DNA from: Geosiphon pyriformis uo1
Lineage: Eukaryota > Fungi > Glomeromycota
NCBI GenBank assembly: GCA_016748015.1
Contig: JAAOMT010000328.1
Span: 698,955 to 762,954, forward strand
Length of the DNA stretch: 64,000 bases
Direction of reading: 5' to 3'
Position 1 is the stretch's first letter, and each line of letters begins with the position of its first letter. The position numbers and the translations under genes are program-made. Shown one piece after another: positions 35,140 through 50,958 of the stretch. A model generated the notes under the pieces. The model made no database searches. It was given only the letters and a program-made list of their open reading frames with translations, and was not told the DNA's origin.

Positions 35140-38100
35140 AAACTTGTTTTTTTTTTATATTCTAAATTTTTCAAAAAACATATTCTTGACAAAAAAGTTT
35201 TTTATTTTTATTTTTTTTGTTCTTTCTTTTAATATTTTTCAAAATAATAACTCTTTTGTTATAGACCTGAAAGCTGTTTTAAGTGATAGCATGTTTAAAA
35301 AAAAAGCACCTAAAAGAGCTTTTTATGATCCTGCTAATGGCTTTTTTTCTCAGAAAAAGAAGATTGTTTTTGGTAATATTAAGCATTTTGATAATAAAAA
35401 AGATATTTTTTTAGTTAAATTTGGTCTTAGTAATAATATATATTTATATATGAATAATATGTTTAATAACAGTAAAAATAATAATAACATAAATGATAAT
35501 AATAGTAAAGTGCTTTATTAAAAAAAACTAATAGGAAAATTTGTATTATAAATTAATTATTTGAAACTGGAAATAGAGTTTTTTATGCCATAATTGGCTT
35601 TGAATTAAAAAAAAACTTGAATTTGTCTTTTATATAGAGCCAATTTTTAGTAATATATAATTTTTTTAGGCTAAAATACATTTGGTTTGTTATGAAAAAT
35701 ATGAACATTTTGAATATTCTGCTTTAAAATATAATATACTTAGTGTTTTTATTTTTCTGTTTTCCAAAATATTTAAAAAATTTGTCTTAAGTAAAACTTG
35801 TTTTTAGTTTACTAAATTGTATATCAAAAAGAACATTTTTATTTTTTGTTCTATTATTTTTGATAACAAATTATGGATTCAAATAGTCTTATTGGCTTTT
35901 ACTTTTAATAATATTTTCTTAGATTCTGGTTCAAAGTTTTTTTATTTAAATACTCCAATTTTGGGTAAAATCTTTTTTGTATTACAAAATAACTTTTTTA
36001 TTAACAATTAGTTAACTTCTTTGAAATATTTTTTGAAGCTTTTAACTAACCAAGTATTTGGTATTATGTAAAAACTAAGCAATATAGATCTGATATCTTT
36101 GGTATCTGTTTATTAATTTTTATTACCAGCTGTTATTACATTAGTATTTTTAAAGTTAGATTTAGATATGATTTTGAATAATTTTCTACTGCTGTTTTCC
36201 TTTTTTCTTTTAATATTTATGGATAAAAATTCAATTCTTGGTTTAAGTAACTTGAAAATTTTAATTACCAAGATAAGTAGTTTAAAGTCAAAAATAGTGG
36301 CTTTTGAAGCTTTAGTTAATTTAGTATTAGTAAAATTAGATTAGTTGTATGCTGGCTTAATTTTTTTATGAATTTTTTACCTTAATAAGTGATTTTATCT
36401 GGAAAGTAACTATGTGTAATATTAAAAGCATAAACAATATAATTAAACAGAAAGATATAATCAGATAGCACAATAAATCTGACAATTAGATCTCTATTAT
36501 TATTAAAACTAAGTTAAAAAGACAAACTAAATCTTGAATAAAAAATAGATTTCAAAATATAAAAGTTTTTATTTCTAATATAAATACTGATTACATAAAT
36601 GCTAAGATAACAATAATAATAAACAATACTCTAACTTGACATATATACAAGATCTTTAAGGTTCTTGATTATCTTATTTTAATTTATTTGTTGTTTAACA
36701 ACAAAATTTCAGTAATAATTTTGGGTTTGTATATTAATATTTTGGCTAATATGTGATTTGATCAAGTTTAAAAAATGAATTTATTTATTGTCAAGACAAT
36801 TAATTTAAGTTTTTATGTTATATTAAATGACAATTTCAACAAAGATAGTATAAGATATAGTACAAGTTTCAAAAAATGTTTTAATTTGAGTTTATGTAAT
36901 TCTTTAATAAGTAATTCAGTTGCTAAGATTCTGACATAAAATAATTCAAGAAGTATAAAGAAAACTATTGATTATATTTTGGTCAGTAAATATTATTTGA
37001 TAATATTAGTTAAATATAAAGTCAGTAGTGTTTTTAATTTTTTTAGTATTAATTATTTAGTTGTTGTGGTTTTAATTGACTTAAGTGGTTTTTTGAATGA
37101 ATGTTTAAATATAATTTATAAGCAAATTAATAAGAATTGATAGAAATTTGGCATTAAAAATGCTGATAATTTAAAGTAAATTCAGTTCAAAAAATACTTA
37201 TTAAAATAGATATCTAGTATACTTAATAAGTTTCATATTATAAAAAAACAAGATAATTTAAATGCTATGTAAAAGCTTGTAAGATTGGTAATAATTAAGT
37301 TAACAAACAAAGTTTTTCACAAAATTTGGTTTAAAAACTTTAGCAATTTCAGAAACAAACAATTCTCAAGATTTCAAAAATTATTAAGGCTTTTTTTTTA
37401 GAGAATACTATTGAGTTTAATTGCTTTGAGAAAATTTGGTCAAGATTGGATATTGGCAATTTTTTTAAACTGTCTTTTTTGGTTAAAAGTAGAGTAAAAA
37501 ATAAAAAAAATCATTTTCTTTTTGTCAAAAATTAAGAAAAAGTATTGTGCATCCAAATATTAAAAATTTAAAACTATAAAAACAGCTATAATTAGAAGTG
37601 TAATTAATAAAAAAATGAAAGACTTCTGTACAAACAAGAGTTATATAATTAGGAGTGTTCTGGAAAGACTTTTTTAAAAAGTGGTTTTGAATTATTTAGT
37701 GATTAATAAAGATTTTATTTTCAAACCTGAGATGGTAAAAAACAAGATAGATAAGATAATAGAAGATTAGACTAAAAAAAACTGCTGTTCAAAATAGTGT
37801 CAGATCTTTGGTTTTGACAATATGTGCTTTTAAATTATGTTAAAAATAGAACATTTTTTGAGATTATAAAACAAATTAGTTTGGATGAGTTGATTTTAAC
37901 TGTGGAAGATTTACTTAATAATAAGACTATTGGCTTATATAATATTACAAATAAGTTGTGAAAACACTGTGGTTCTGAGATTATGATTTGTTTCTTGGTT
38001 TTTTTGAATTGTTATTTGGATGTTAATACAGTTCTTACTTTATAAAAGAAAGCTTGGGTTTTTATGATTCTAAAGCTTTATGATTAAGATAGTGTACTAA

Positions 38101-41100
38101 TCAATACTAAATTAATAACACTAATTAAGATAATCAAAAAAATTTTGTTAAAAATAGTTTGGATTTTTCTTGTGTACAGCAAATCTAGTGCTTTTTATAG
38201 GAATAATTTTTCAGTATTAAAAGATAGTTAACTTGGTTTCCAGTATTTGCAATTGGCTCAATTATAAAAGATGCTTTGAAAAAAAATAAAAAGCTGTAGT
38301 TAATTCTATAAAACATATATAAAACATATAATTCAGTTGGCTGGCATTATTTGAAAAACAGTCTAAAATGCATCAAAATATATAAACAATTTATCAACTT
38401 TTTTGACAGTATACATCAAAACAGAATTAACAAAATTATAATTAACTTTGGCCTATTAAACAATTATTGTGTACATAATAGACTGAATTAGAATAAAGTT
38501 TTTTTATCTCTTTTTTGAAAAATTTTTTACAATTTCTTCTTGTATAAAGTTAAAAAACACAAACATTTATGTAGTTACTATATTAATACAAAATTCATAG
38601 CCAAAACAAACAAATTAGAAAACACAAAAAGAAAAACTTTTTTTCTTATAGCTAATGTCTTTATTAATAACAAAATTTGAATAAAGAGTAACCAGACTTC
38701 AATTTAATATATTTTAAACATTGTTAGTGAATTTTTTGATATTAACAATATTTTAATTAATAATAACAAAACAGTAGTCATTTCTATTAATCAGAAGATT
38801 AAGAATGCTTTTTTAACTATCAATTAAAGTCTTATATCAATTGTAAGAAAAAATAAGTTATACTGTTATTTAGAAATTTATTTCTTTACTAATGATTTAT
38901 CTAAACCTAGTTTGGCCAAGGCTCATTTAGATGTTAAGTTTTTTGCAAACATAATTTTAAAAAAAATAATCTTAGATAAATAGTTCTGTTACTTAGTTTT
39001 TGTTTTTTTACAACCAATAATCTGTTATTATACACAGTTTAGTTTTATTTCAATTAATGTTTGCTGCAAATAAGATTCTTTGATTAAAAAAAGTTTGAAA
39101 TTAAAAGTTAAGTTGCTTAAAAATTTCTCCAATAAAGCTTTGCACTATTTTCTGTTATACAATTTGAAATTTTTTGAACAGTTATAAGCTAAAAATAAAG
39201 TGGCTTTAATAGTTTTGTTTACTAATTCTGGAAGAATTCTTGGCCAACTTTTTAATCATTGGTTTTTGAATTTGCAGACTCTAAGCTAAGCTCCAGCTAA
39301 TTTTCTATAACATCTAGTTAAATTAAGAGTCAATTCTATAAACAATTTCCTTACTGAAATAATATAAGTGTTTTTAAATAATAAAATTTTATTAATAAAC
39401 AACTTGTCACAGTTCAGACAAGTTTTCAATGTTTAATATCCAGGAAAAAAAGGCTTACTACAGAACAGTGGTCTTTTCAAAATATTATAATGTCACTTTT
39501 GGTAATAGGTTTTTAAATAAACATAGTGTTTTAATAACTTGAAAAACTTTTTATTACTAAAAAAGCTAGATCTGAGAGATTTTGTTCTATTGTAATTTGC
39601 TATAGTATCTGGTTTTTTGGATGGTTTAAGATCTGTCATTGGGAATAAAATGAACAATTTAAATTCAGTTTCTCATAATGTTTTAGATTTAGATAATTTT
39701 GAATTAATTAAGAATCTTTTATATAAAGTTTGGACTAATATTTTTAATGTTTATACTGATAACTCACTTAAAAAATTGGGTACACCAGAGATAACTAATA
39801 GAGCAGCTGTGTATTTTTTAAATGTAAATATAAGTATTGGTATTAGGGTTTTTAATATGGTGTTTTTTATGATGATTAAGCTATATATTATTGCTTTAAC
39901 TTTGGAATATGTGCTTTTTTTTTGTATTGTAGTTTTGTATTTAAACAATTAAATAGTTATTAATACATATAAATTGGAACTTGGTTTATTTAAACTGGAT
40001 TTTTACAATTAATGTTAAATAGAGAAATACTATGTTAACAATCTGATAAAAAGCAAAAATTTAAAAGTAATTTGATTAAAAATTAGAAATCATTCAAGTA
40101 TGTTCAATAATAATTGCATTAACAAGCTGGTTGAAACTACTATTTATTCTCCTATGTTTTTTTTATTAATATTTTGAAACAATACTTAATAGCTAATAGT
40201 TTGGTAATATTTAGCAATGCATATTATTTTATTTGGAATATTTATAGAATAATTATTAGTGTTCATTAAAAAGTGGATTTTGGTTTCAAAATTGTCAATA
40301 AGTCTCTTATTTGTGATATTAATTGAGTTTAAACAGCTAAAATTTGGCATCCCAACTTATATATGCTTACTGGTATTATTAGCAAGTCTGCAGTCAATTT
40401 TAAAACTTATATAATAAAGACAGTTTATGAAAAACTCTCTATTGTTGTATGTAAAAAGCTATATAACAAGTCTTATTTGGATGTTTTGTGCTTATTTTAT
40501 GAGAAAGTATAATTTTTAGATTATTTGTTTATATGTTCAAAAAATACAAACTGACAGAGAAAATTGATTTTAGGTTATATTAAGTTTTAGTTATTTTTGG
40601 CTAATAAAAAAATGTTTGTATTTTTTTTTGTGTTATAATCTCTGTCCTTTTGTTTTTTTAATATTGGATTATATATGGTATTTTGCAAAGAGTTTGTTTT
40701 TAAGTCTTGGTTCAAAGATGCTTTGGCAATATATAATAATAGAAAAAAGACTATTTTTGTATTAATAAATTTTTTTTGTTATTTGGTCAATTTTTATTAC
40801 CATGAAATATAGTATAATAAAATAAAACATAAATTAAAAGCAGAGAAAACTAAATTGGTAAGCAATATTAATATAATATTCATGCTAATTAGTAAATTAT
40901 ATATGAGTTTGTTAAATAGAGTGATTTTTATGCTTGGTATTATTGAGTTTATAGTAGTGAGTTTTAATAAACACTTGTCTTGTATTTTTTTTTTAGTGTT
41001 AATAGTAATTTAATAGTTTATATAAATGCATAGTGTTGTTTAAATTAACTTAAATAATTGGTCACATATAAGTTATATTTAGTTAAAATTACTTAGTTTA

Positions 41101-41115
41101 ATTCTGTATATTAAA
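35140..41115 (+). mobile_element. Heavily C>T/G>A-eroded LINE of the same clade
   Basis: Residual motifs WKVTMCN (~36400), YTDNSL and IALTLEYV (~39750-39910), WHPN (~40345). 3' UTR and (AAT)n tail at ~41030-41115. Confidence 0.85.
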
Positions 41116-44100
41116 TAGTAACTAAGCTACACTTATTAAATAATAATAATAATAAAATTTTAATTAATATACTAATATAATCTTTTTTAAATTATTAATA
41201 TAAATAAAATTTCAGTTTATTTTAATATAATAGTATTATAATTTAAGAAGTTATTAAAAAGTTATAAAATAATATAAATTATTTAATCATAATATAATAC
41301 AATAATATTTTAAAATAATAATAATTATTATAACAACAAGTATTATTTTATAATAATAGTAAGTACTAATTTATAATAGTAGTAAGTATTAGATTAAAAT
41401 ATCAAAAAAAGAGCATTATAATATGCTTTTTTATAAACTATAAACATATATATATAGTAGTTTTAATATTAAAAAAAAACAATAATTCAAATAATTTAAT
41501 CTTAATAATTTATTCAATAACTTAATTTTAATAATTTATTCGATAACTTAATTTTAATAATTTAATTTTCTACTTTAATTATTTTTTAATTTTTTTAATT
41601 TAATAAATATTCAAAAAAAACTTTTAAATAAAAAAAAAATATTAAAAACTAAATTATTATAATTAAAAATATTAGAACACTTATTAGTATTATTTATTAA
41701 TTAAATTTTTTGGAAAAATAATTTCTAATTTAAATTATTTATATTATTATTAATTGATAAAAACTTTATTGTAAGAATTAGAAAAAGTATTAAAAACTAT
41801 TAATATTTTATGTTTTTAATTTAAAAAAATACTTTAGATATTTACAAAAATAGTTTAAAGAAAATTTTATTACTACAAGTAAATTTTAAATTAACTTTTG
41901 AAAAAAAATACATAAATATATACAATAATTAAAAATTAAAAATAAAATTAAGAAATTTAATTGTAATTAAAATAAAAATATTGACAATTAATATACTAAA
42001 AAAACAAACTTATAACAATAAGTTTTATTATAATTAATATAAAAAAAACTAAAACTATTCAAATCTGAATAATTAATAATAATAAAAATCAATTTATTTA
42101 TGTTTTAATTATAATAGCAATAATAATAAACTTTTTTTTATAGTAAATTTTAAAAGCATATAAATTTATATTAATTTTTCCGAAAGTATTATTGTATATA
42201 TATAAAAAAACTTAGATAGATAAATATTTAATATGTAAATAAATAAATCAAATTTAAAACAAATGTTTTAAAATATTTATAATATTTAAATATATATTTT
42301 TATTTGTTATAAATTTATTTAAAAGATATAAAACTGAATTAGCATATTAAAAATACAATATTAATAATATTATTTAGTAGTTATTTTTAAAAATTATTTA
42401 ATTTTTAAATACATGTATTAATAAATTATTTAAAGATTAATTAAGAAAAAAATAGCAATTATAAATAAGTTATGAAAATTTTAAACTAATAAAAGATAAA
42501 AATTTAAAAAAATTACAATATAATTTGATTTATTAATAAATTTTAATAACATAAAAAGATATTTTTTTTAAAATAATTATTAAATTACTTAAAATATATG
42601 GAATTTTTAATGTATTAAAAAGAATTAAAAATAATTTATTATATAATTTTAATATAAAAATTAATAAAAATAAAATCAATAATAATAATTTAAATAAAAT
42701 AATTAATAATAATATTTTTGCTAAAAAATTAAATAATTAAATATATAATAAAATTTTATTTTAGTATTTACAAAAAAATTGTTTATTTAATTTTTTTACT
42801 AAAATAATTTACTTATTATATAACATATTTATATTATAGTTTTATTTTTTAACAATTTATATTAATTATATATAATATATTATTTAAGCCAAAAAAAATA
42901 TATTTTATTGTTAATTTTCAAAAAAAATATTTATATTTAATTAAATATTTAAAAAAAATTGCTAAAATAGTTTATTCTTATTATTAAAACATATAATATT
43001 AATATATATAAAGTTTTAATATTTTATTAATAACTTTACAACTAATAATTTGAACTTTCATTTAATATTATTAGTAATAAATTAGTTAATAATAATAATT
43101 ATTATAAAATTTTTTTTTGTTGATTTTTTAGTTATAACAAAAATTAAAATATACCAAAAATATAATTTTCTTCTTTTTTCTTATTAATTTTATAATTGTT
43201 TCTTTCAACATATTTTTGTTTATAATTATAAAACTAATAAGTTTTTCTGTTAATAAATTAAGTTTTGGTTTAGCTGGATTGAAAATCTGCTTTAATACAA
43301 AGAAAAAATGAATAGAAAGTATTTACTTTTATAATATTTTCTACAAAAAACCAGTTTAGTTAAGTTGTCTATTAGTTTTCTTAGTCTTAATAATCTAAGT
43401 ATTAGTAATATTAAATTTGTTAAATTTTAAAATAACAAAGTTACAAATAAAACAAGTAATAAAATTTAGATATAAAAAACATAAAAAATACAATTACAAA
43501 GGAAATTAGCTATATATTTTTGAATGCTTTAAAAATAGATAACACAATAAATAATATTACATTTAAAAAGATGTGCATTAAGACTAATATTTTGAATAGC
43601 CAGCTAAAAAAAATTTTTTTTAACAATTTAAATAATAATAATAACAAAATTCTAATACTTCTAATTTCTAAGTTCTTTGAATTCAATTATTTGTTATCAA
43701 CTAAGTTATATATTTTAGAGAAGTAAAGTTTTAATTCAAAAAAAATTTTTGTACTTAATATTGAACTATTTGCTGTGTTTGAAAAAACTTCTGGTAATAA
43801 GTTAATAACAATGAAAAAAAAATTTTATTATATTAATGGTTTTAAGAGGGTTTTTACTTCTTTAAAATTTTGGAAAATTATTAAATTATCTTTTATTTTT
43901 GAATTAAGTTTAAAAAAACTAAAAAAATGATAATTAATAAAAAAACTTTGGTTAATAATAATGTCAGAAAAGTAAACAACCATCCAAATTAAGAAGTAAT
44001 TATTAAAAAAATTCTAATTAATCTTCTTAAATTGGCTATAAAATCAGATTTTTCTAAGTTTAATAAGATTATATTAATTAAAATACAGTTTATTGGTTTT

Positions 44101-46053
44101 TAACAAAAGACTTTAGTTAAATTTAATTCTGTTAATATTGCTAATTTAGTTACAGCAAAATAATTAGTGCTTATGAAAAAAGATTTTGTTTATATAGTTA
44201 AAGCTATTAATAATAAACAAATGTATATATTAAGAGATTATTATTGAATTTTACTATATATGTTGTTAATTAGTACAAGTATTTATGATTTTTTTAATTT
44301 AATGGTATTTTACAGTAAAAAAACTTGTTTTATTAACTATAATTTTGGTTTTTATGTATATAATAAATGTACTGTAGTTTTTTTTACTAATAAAATATCA
44401 AAAAAAACTGTTATTAATTTTGTTTAAGTTTTTAAGAGTGTAAATTTGCATTAGATTGGTTTGTCTTTAGCCATTTGTGTTTATTATAAATAATTTGGTC
44501 ATGTTTCTGTTGTATATATATCTAGTAAAAATTTTGGTAATTGTAGTAAAAAATCAATTACTTTTTAAAATCATTTTTGAATAACAAATATTTGTAAAAA
44601 AATCAGATTCTAATTATTTAGCCAGTTTTTTTTGATAATAATACATGAACATAAGTTGCTAATAGTGTTTTTTTTTGTGTAATATTATCAAATTTTATAA
44701 TAATTGGTTTATTTTTGGAAGATAAATTTCTTTTGTTAATTACTATAAAAATAAGTAATAAGTTTACTGTTTTTAAGTGCAGTCTTATTAATTTTGCAAA
44801 GCAAATTAACAAGCTGGCTATAAGATTAAATATACTCAAACCAACAGTTTTTTAATCTAGCTTTAAATGTTAGTCATTAGTAACTTCTTTATTACAGGAT
44901 CAAAGAGTAGATATAGTAATAAGTAAGAATTTAGGTGTATTTATTAGTAATAAAACTATTTTAAAAGTAATGTTTTTTGATTTTTTAGTTATCTCTAAAT
45001 TGGAAAATACCTTAAAAAGTTTGTTAACTACAGTGATAAATCTTTTAGCCAGAATAGATAATATTGATTTAAGCCTGAGAGACTTTTTTTACTAATGGCT
45101 AAGCTTGTCTAAAAGATTGTTATATGTAATATTAAAGATATAAACAATTCTGCTAAGCAAAAAAATATTATTTGTTAACATAAAAATATAAACAGTTTAA
45201 TCTTAATTATTACTAAAATAAAACTGAAAAATAAAGTGTATTTATAGATTGTTAATAAGTTTGATAATATTTAAATATTTACTTTTAATTTAAATTTTAA
45301 TTACTTGAATTCTGGTATTAAAATTATTATAAACATTATACTAATTAAATATATATACAAAGTTTTTAAGATTGTTAATTAGTTTTTGTCTCTTAAGTTG
45401 TTTTTTAAAAATAAGCTTTTTGTTTTAATTTTGGGACTGTATACTAATATTGCTTTGATAATATACTTGGCTCAAGTTGAAAAGATTAATTTTTTAATTG
45501 TAAAAGCTGTAAATAAATCTTTTTTTATAATCTTGAGTGGTGATTTTAATGAAGATAGTTCTTATAGGTGTGCTAGTTTTAAAAAGTATCTTGATCTAAA
45601 ACTGGTTAACTCTTTAATAAAAAGCTTAGTCATAAAAACTTTAACTTAGAAAAATTCTAAAAGTGTTAAAAAGACAATTAATTATATATTTGTTTCTTTA
45701 AATTTAACTAATACAATAGTAATTGCAAAGTTCTAAATATAGATAAGTACTTTGATACTAACTATTAAACCATTTTTTGTTTTTGTAAATTTAAGTAATT
45801 TGCTAAATATATATTTAAATTTTCTTTATAAACAGACAAATAAAAATTGTTAAAAGTTTAAAAATGCTAATAATATTAAGTAGACCAGATTCAAATATGT
45901 CATATTGATTAATATTGTAATGTTTTTAAAAGAGTTTATTGTATCTAAAAAATTTTTAAATCTGAATGCTATATAGAATATCATTCGTAAAATAATATGT
46001 TTGTTAGCCAATAAAATATTTAAAAAAATATTGTTTAAAGATTTTAATGATAT

Positions 46054-46730
46054 TATTATGAGTTGGAGTAATAAGTTAACAGATAGCAAAAAAAACAAGA
46101 TTATAGAATAATAGAATTAATTAAAAGAGAATTTAACTTTAAGAAGCAAATTAAATAAGTATAGATTTAATATATAAGATTAATTTTATAAAATATCTTA
46201 GTTGTCAATCTTTTCAAAAAATAATTAAAAAATTTATAAGTAGAAGAATAATTCATATTGTTAATAAATAATAATATATTGGTATAATTTTATGCTTTAT
46301 GTTAACACTTTTAGAATTCAATATTAAGTATTAAATATATTTTTTAGTTACATTTTATTTAATAATTTTCAAATATTATAATTATACAGATTAGGAAAAA
46401 ATAGGTAAATATTAATAAGTAATCTTTTATCTTAAGATGTTTAGATACTTAAAAATAAGAAAAGAAAAAAGAAAAATAAGTAATAAAAAAAAATTGAGTT
46501 AATAAATATTGTTTTATTTTTTTGATTTTTTACATATATTTTTTTATTTAAAAGATTTATTGCTTATATAGCTATTAAAAATAGTTAATAACCAAATTAT
46601 TAATCAAGTTAATAATTAAGTTATTAATTAGATTATTAATTACTATCTAAAAATAGGATGGCTAATTATATAATATTAATAGCTAATATATGTAATAATT
46701 TAATAAAAACTATGAGTTTTAATTATAATA
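46054..46730 (-). repeat. Old solo LTR related to family C
   Basis: Ends match LTR 49533-50211 (TTGGAGTAA..AACAGATAGCAA; GCTAATA..TAATAAAAACTATG). Flanks ATAT/GTAT form an eroded 4-bp TSD, and the LINE frame rejoins across it. Confidence 0.8.
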
Positions 46731-49532
46731 GTATTTTTACCAAAGAATTTTTTAGGTTTCAAAAGTTGGAAATTTTGGTGTCTAAAATTATCAAGTCCTT
46801 ATATATAAGACTTAATACTGAATTTGTTTCTTTAATAAGCTATTAAATGTTTTTGGACAGTAATAAAGCTTTAAGTATTTAGGTTTGTTTGGACTTTGAT
46901 ACTAATTTTAATTATATAAAATCTGTTTTATCTGGTATAAAAAAATTTTATTATGTTTTTAAGCTTGTTAAGTTATTAAAAACAAAAAAGTTAAATATTA
47001 AATCTGTTGTTAACAAGTAGATAAAAAGCTTTGCTGTTAATAAAAGTTATATAATTAAAAGTATATTAGAATATTTATTTTAAAAGATAAGTTTGAATTA
47101 TTTGGTTGTTAATGATAAATTGGTTCTAAATTCTGGTAAAATTAAATTTAAGATTAATATAATAATAAAAAGTTGGATAAAGAAAAAATTAGTGTTGAAC
47201 AATGTTTCTAATATATGGTATTATTAATATCTGCTTTTGACTTATGTTAATAATGGCATTTTTTCTTATATTATGAGTATTATTGTGTATAATAATATGT
47301 TATAAGTAATTAAAAACTTGCCAGATAAAAAAGCAGTTAGTTTGTTTAATATTATTAATAAGCTTTGGAAATATTGTGACAATACTGTTTTCAAAATGTT
47401 CTTAAATTTTTTAAATTTTTGTTTGGTATGTAAATTTGTGTTTTGATCTTGAAAGAAAACTTAAGTGTTAATAATTTTTAAACTTTATAAATAAGAAAGT
47501 ACTTTGATTAATACTAAATCAATTGTCTTAATTAAAACTGTTTGAAAATTTTTTTCTAAAATACTTTTTAATAAGATTTGTTAGCTTGCAATAAGTTTTA
47601 TGTTCTTTGTAATAACAATTTTTCTGTATTAAAAAGTACTATTATTTAATTTTTAATTTTTACAGTAGAATTAATAATAAAAGATATATTAGAAAAAAAT
47701 TATAAATTTTAATTAGTTTTGTAAAATATGCAAAAAGTCTATGATTCTATTGGTTGGTATTATTTGAAAAGTAGTTTGGTTTAGATAAAAATATGTAAAC
47801 AGTTTATTAGGTTTTTTGGTAATATCTACAATAATAGAATTAATTAAGTCATAATAGATTATAGACTTATTAATAGATACTAGATACATAATAGTTTAAA
47901 TTAGGGTAAAATTTTCTCTTTCTTGCTTTGAAAAATTTTTTATAATATCTTTTTATGTAAAGTTAAAAGACATAAAAGTTTGTATAGTTATTGTATTAAT
48001 ATTAAGTTTGTTGTTAAAACTAGCAAAATTAAAAATCAAGCTGAATTGACTTTTTACTTAGTGATAGTACATTTGTTAATAACAAAATTTAAATAGAGAA
48101 TAGTCAAGTTATTATTCAGTATATTTTGAATATTACAAGTAAGTTCTTTAAAATTAATAATATTTTAATTAACAATGAGAAAACAATGACCATCTTTATT
48201 AATCAAAAAATCAAGATTGATTTATTGTTAATAAATAGTCTATCAATTTTTATTGCACAGAAAAAAAAGTTTTATAGATATTTGAGTATTTTTTTTTTCT
48301 GAAAATTTGTTCAAGTCTAGCTTAATAAAAGCTTATTTAGATGTCAAATTCTTTACTAATATGGTTTTAAGAAAAGTTATTTTAGATAAACAGTTTTTTT
48401 ATTTAGTTTGCTTATACTATAACTTATTATAAGTTATAAAATTCAGTTTAATTTTGTCTTTAAAAGTGTATACAATAAATGAAATATGCTGATTAAAAAA
48501 AGTTTGGGAATAAAATCTGGCTTGCCAAGAAATTTTCTTAATAAAGCTTTCTATTATTCATCTTTGTATAATTTAAAAACATTTAAGCAAATGCAAACAA
48601 AAAATAAAGTAGCTGTTGTGTTAAATTTTTCAAATACTAGTAGTGTTTTCAGTTAGTTGTTTAATCATAAATTTTTAGATTTACAAGTACTAAGTTAATA
48701 TTACAAGTGATTATTTAAGATGTTAGAACAAATAACAAACTCATAAATTGGTACTTAATAATTAGAAATGTTGGTAATTTCTGAAAATTTTGAAGTCTGA
48801 AAATTTTAGTTAAGTTCTTTATATAATAAACAGAAATTTAATTAATAGTTCTTCTGTAAATTTTTTTTTAGTAGAGTGACTGGTTTATTTTGGCAGTCAT
48901 GTCTTTTTGATAAGCTATCTTTATGTTTTTACTTTTGTTTATAGGTTTTTTACCAAACTATCCTTAATGTTAAATACTTAGTGCTTAATCCTTTTAATTA
49001 ATTAGTATACAACAAAGAAACAAATAAAAATAAAAATAAAAAATTAATATCTTATTAATAGTCATGATTAAGAACTATTGTTCTAGTATAGTTAAGTATT
49101 AAATTCTATTAATATGGAGTGTTAATAGTATGGAATGAATTTAATATTTCTTTAATTAAATAATAATAATATAAATTGGATAATAATTAAATATTTTATT
49201 AATATTAATATGATTCTATTTTAAGTTATAGAAAACTATCTTTTAATAAAAAAGGTATAAAATAAGTAGTTATTACTAGTTAGTCTTCTGTTTGAGTCTG
49301 TTTTTTTTTGTTTTTAATATTGTTAATATATATATATAATTTATGTTATATAAGATTCCTTAAAATTCTTCAATTTTTTTGACAAGAATCCTAAAATTTT
49401 ACAATTTTGCAATTTCTTAAGAAAAATTCTAAAATTTTGAAATTCTAAAATTTTGCAATTTTTCAAAAAGAATCTTAAAATTCCTTTTTTTATTATGCTT
49501 ATTTCTAATTGGCTATTTTATTTACTTATTAT

Positions 49533-50211
49533 TGTTACAGATTGGAGTAAAAAGCTAACGGATAGCAAGGGAGAACAGTATTGTATGGTAATGGAAATAA
49601 ACAAAGAAGGAATTACAATAAGGGAGCAAATTGAATAAGTAGGAATTCAATATGTGTGATCAGTCTCATAAAAATCACAGTTGCTAATCTTTTCTTAAAT
49701 CTGAAGGTAGAGGAATAGTCTGTGATTGTCAACAAGATAACACCACTGCTATTATTCTATGCCTCAACTCGGCAATTCTTAGAATCAATAACAGATATTG
49801 TTGTACTTTTCAATTGTTTCTTTATTCAATGAATTACAAGAACAAGCCAATTGCTTCTCAGGCTAATTCTAACAAATACAAATCAAAAAAGGGAAAAGAT
49901 AAGGTATGTGAATGCCGACAAGTAGATACTTGAAGGTAAGAAAAGGAGAATAAGCGATTATGAGAGGAAGTAATTGATATTGTTTTATTTCGTTACTTTG
50001 ATCATGTTTTTTTACAGCTAAGGGAATCATTGCTTATATAGCTATCTAAAGTGGTCAATAACCAGGTCAATGATCAGGTCAATGATCAGGTCAATGGTCA
50101 GGTCATTGATCAGGTCAACAATCACTATCTAAAAATAGGGTGGCTAATTATATGACATCAGTGGCTAATACATGTGATAATTAATAAAAACTATGTGTTT
50201 CAACCATAATA
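49533..50211 (-). repeat. 3' LTR of element C
   Basis: Direct repeat of 56305-56909. 12-bp array (CAGGTCAATGAT)x~5 at 50063-50122. Confidence 0.95.
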
Positions 50212-50932
50212 TCATCCTCTCCAAAGAGATTGAGCTCTGGCGAAATCAAACTATTTATGGGATAGTCTATGTGAAGAGTTTTGTCTAACTCAAAACTAAC
50301 TAGTTTGTTGAAGTCTTTTGTGAATAGAGTATATAGTACTTAAGGCAAAATAAGCTTTGTATCCAAGAGACCAAATCTTTGTATTAGAGTTCTGGCTCTT
50401 CTAGCAATGATCAAACTCTTGGGACATCCAATCGTATAATGCCCAAAATTTCCACTTGTATCTCTGAAGTTGTTTTCTTTATGAGCTTTATGTTTTCTAT
50501 GATTTTATTAAGACGACCATAGAGTTCTAGTTGTTTTCCATATAACAAGTTTTTGTCTATGGGCAAAATTTCTTGTATTGTTTTTCCAATTGTGCTGGAA
50601 GGTGAAAGTATTGCTGCTGTTATGCTTTCCAGCAGGTATTTATCCATTTTGCCACCAATTCTTTCTCTTCTGCTAGTTGTTTTCTTTGGTCTAATAACAG
50701 TGTGAATTCCACTGTTGTCTGTTATAGTGGTTTGTTTTCCAATAGTCAGAGTAGCATTTGAATAGTTCTTGATCCAGTACTCATAGAGAGTATAGAAAGC
50801 GTTTTGAATGTTTTGATCCAGGAAATAATTGTTCATGTCGATTGAAGATATCTCTGTTTTAAGAATGGTGCATTTATTTATATCTGATTTTTGCTGATCA
50901 TTTGGGTTGGTATTACCACAACAGGTAACCAA
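50181..50932 (-). pseudogene. Accessory ORF3 of element C (one frameshift near 50450), reading into the 3' LTR
   Basis: ORF 50411-50932 plus a shifted tail: GCPKSLIIARRARTLIQRF...LYTLFTKDFNKLV...LFGEDDIMVETHSFY*. Confidence 0.65.
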
Positions 50933-50958
50933 TTAGGTCGTTTGTGATATTTCTTGAG

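Noticed and set aside
41490-41570. 27-bp tandem duplication in AT-rich DNA
   Set aside because: Only about two copies; consistent with ordinary slippage.
50063-50122. AGGTCA direct repeats resembling nuclear-receptor response elements
   Set aside because: Fungi lack nuclear receptors; treated as an LTR tandem array.
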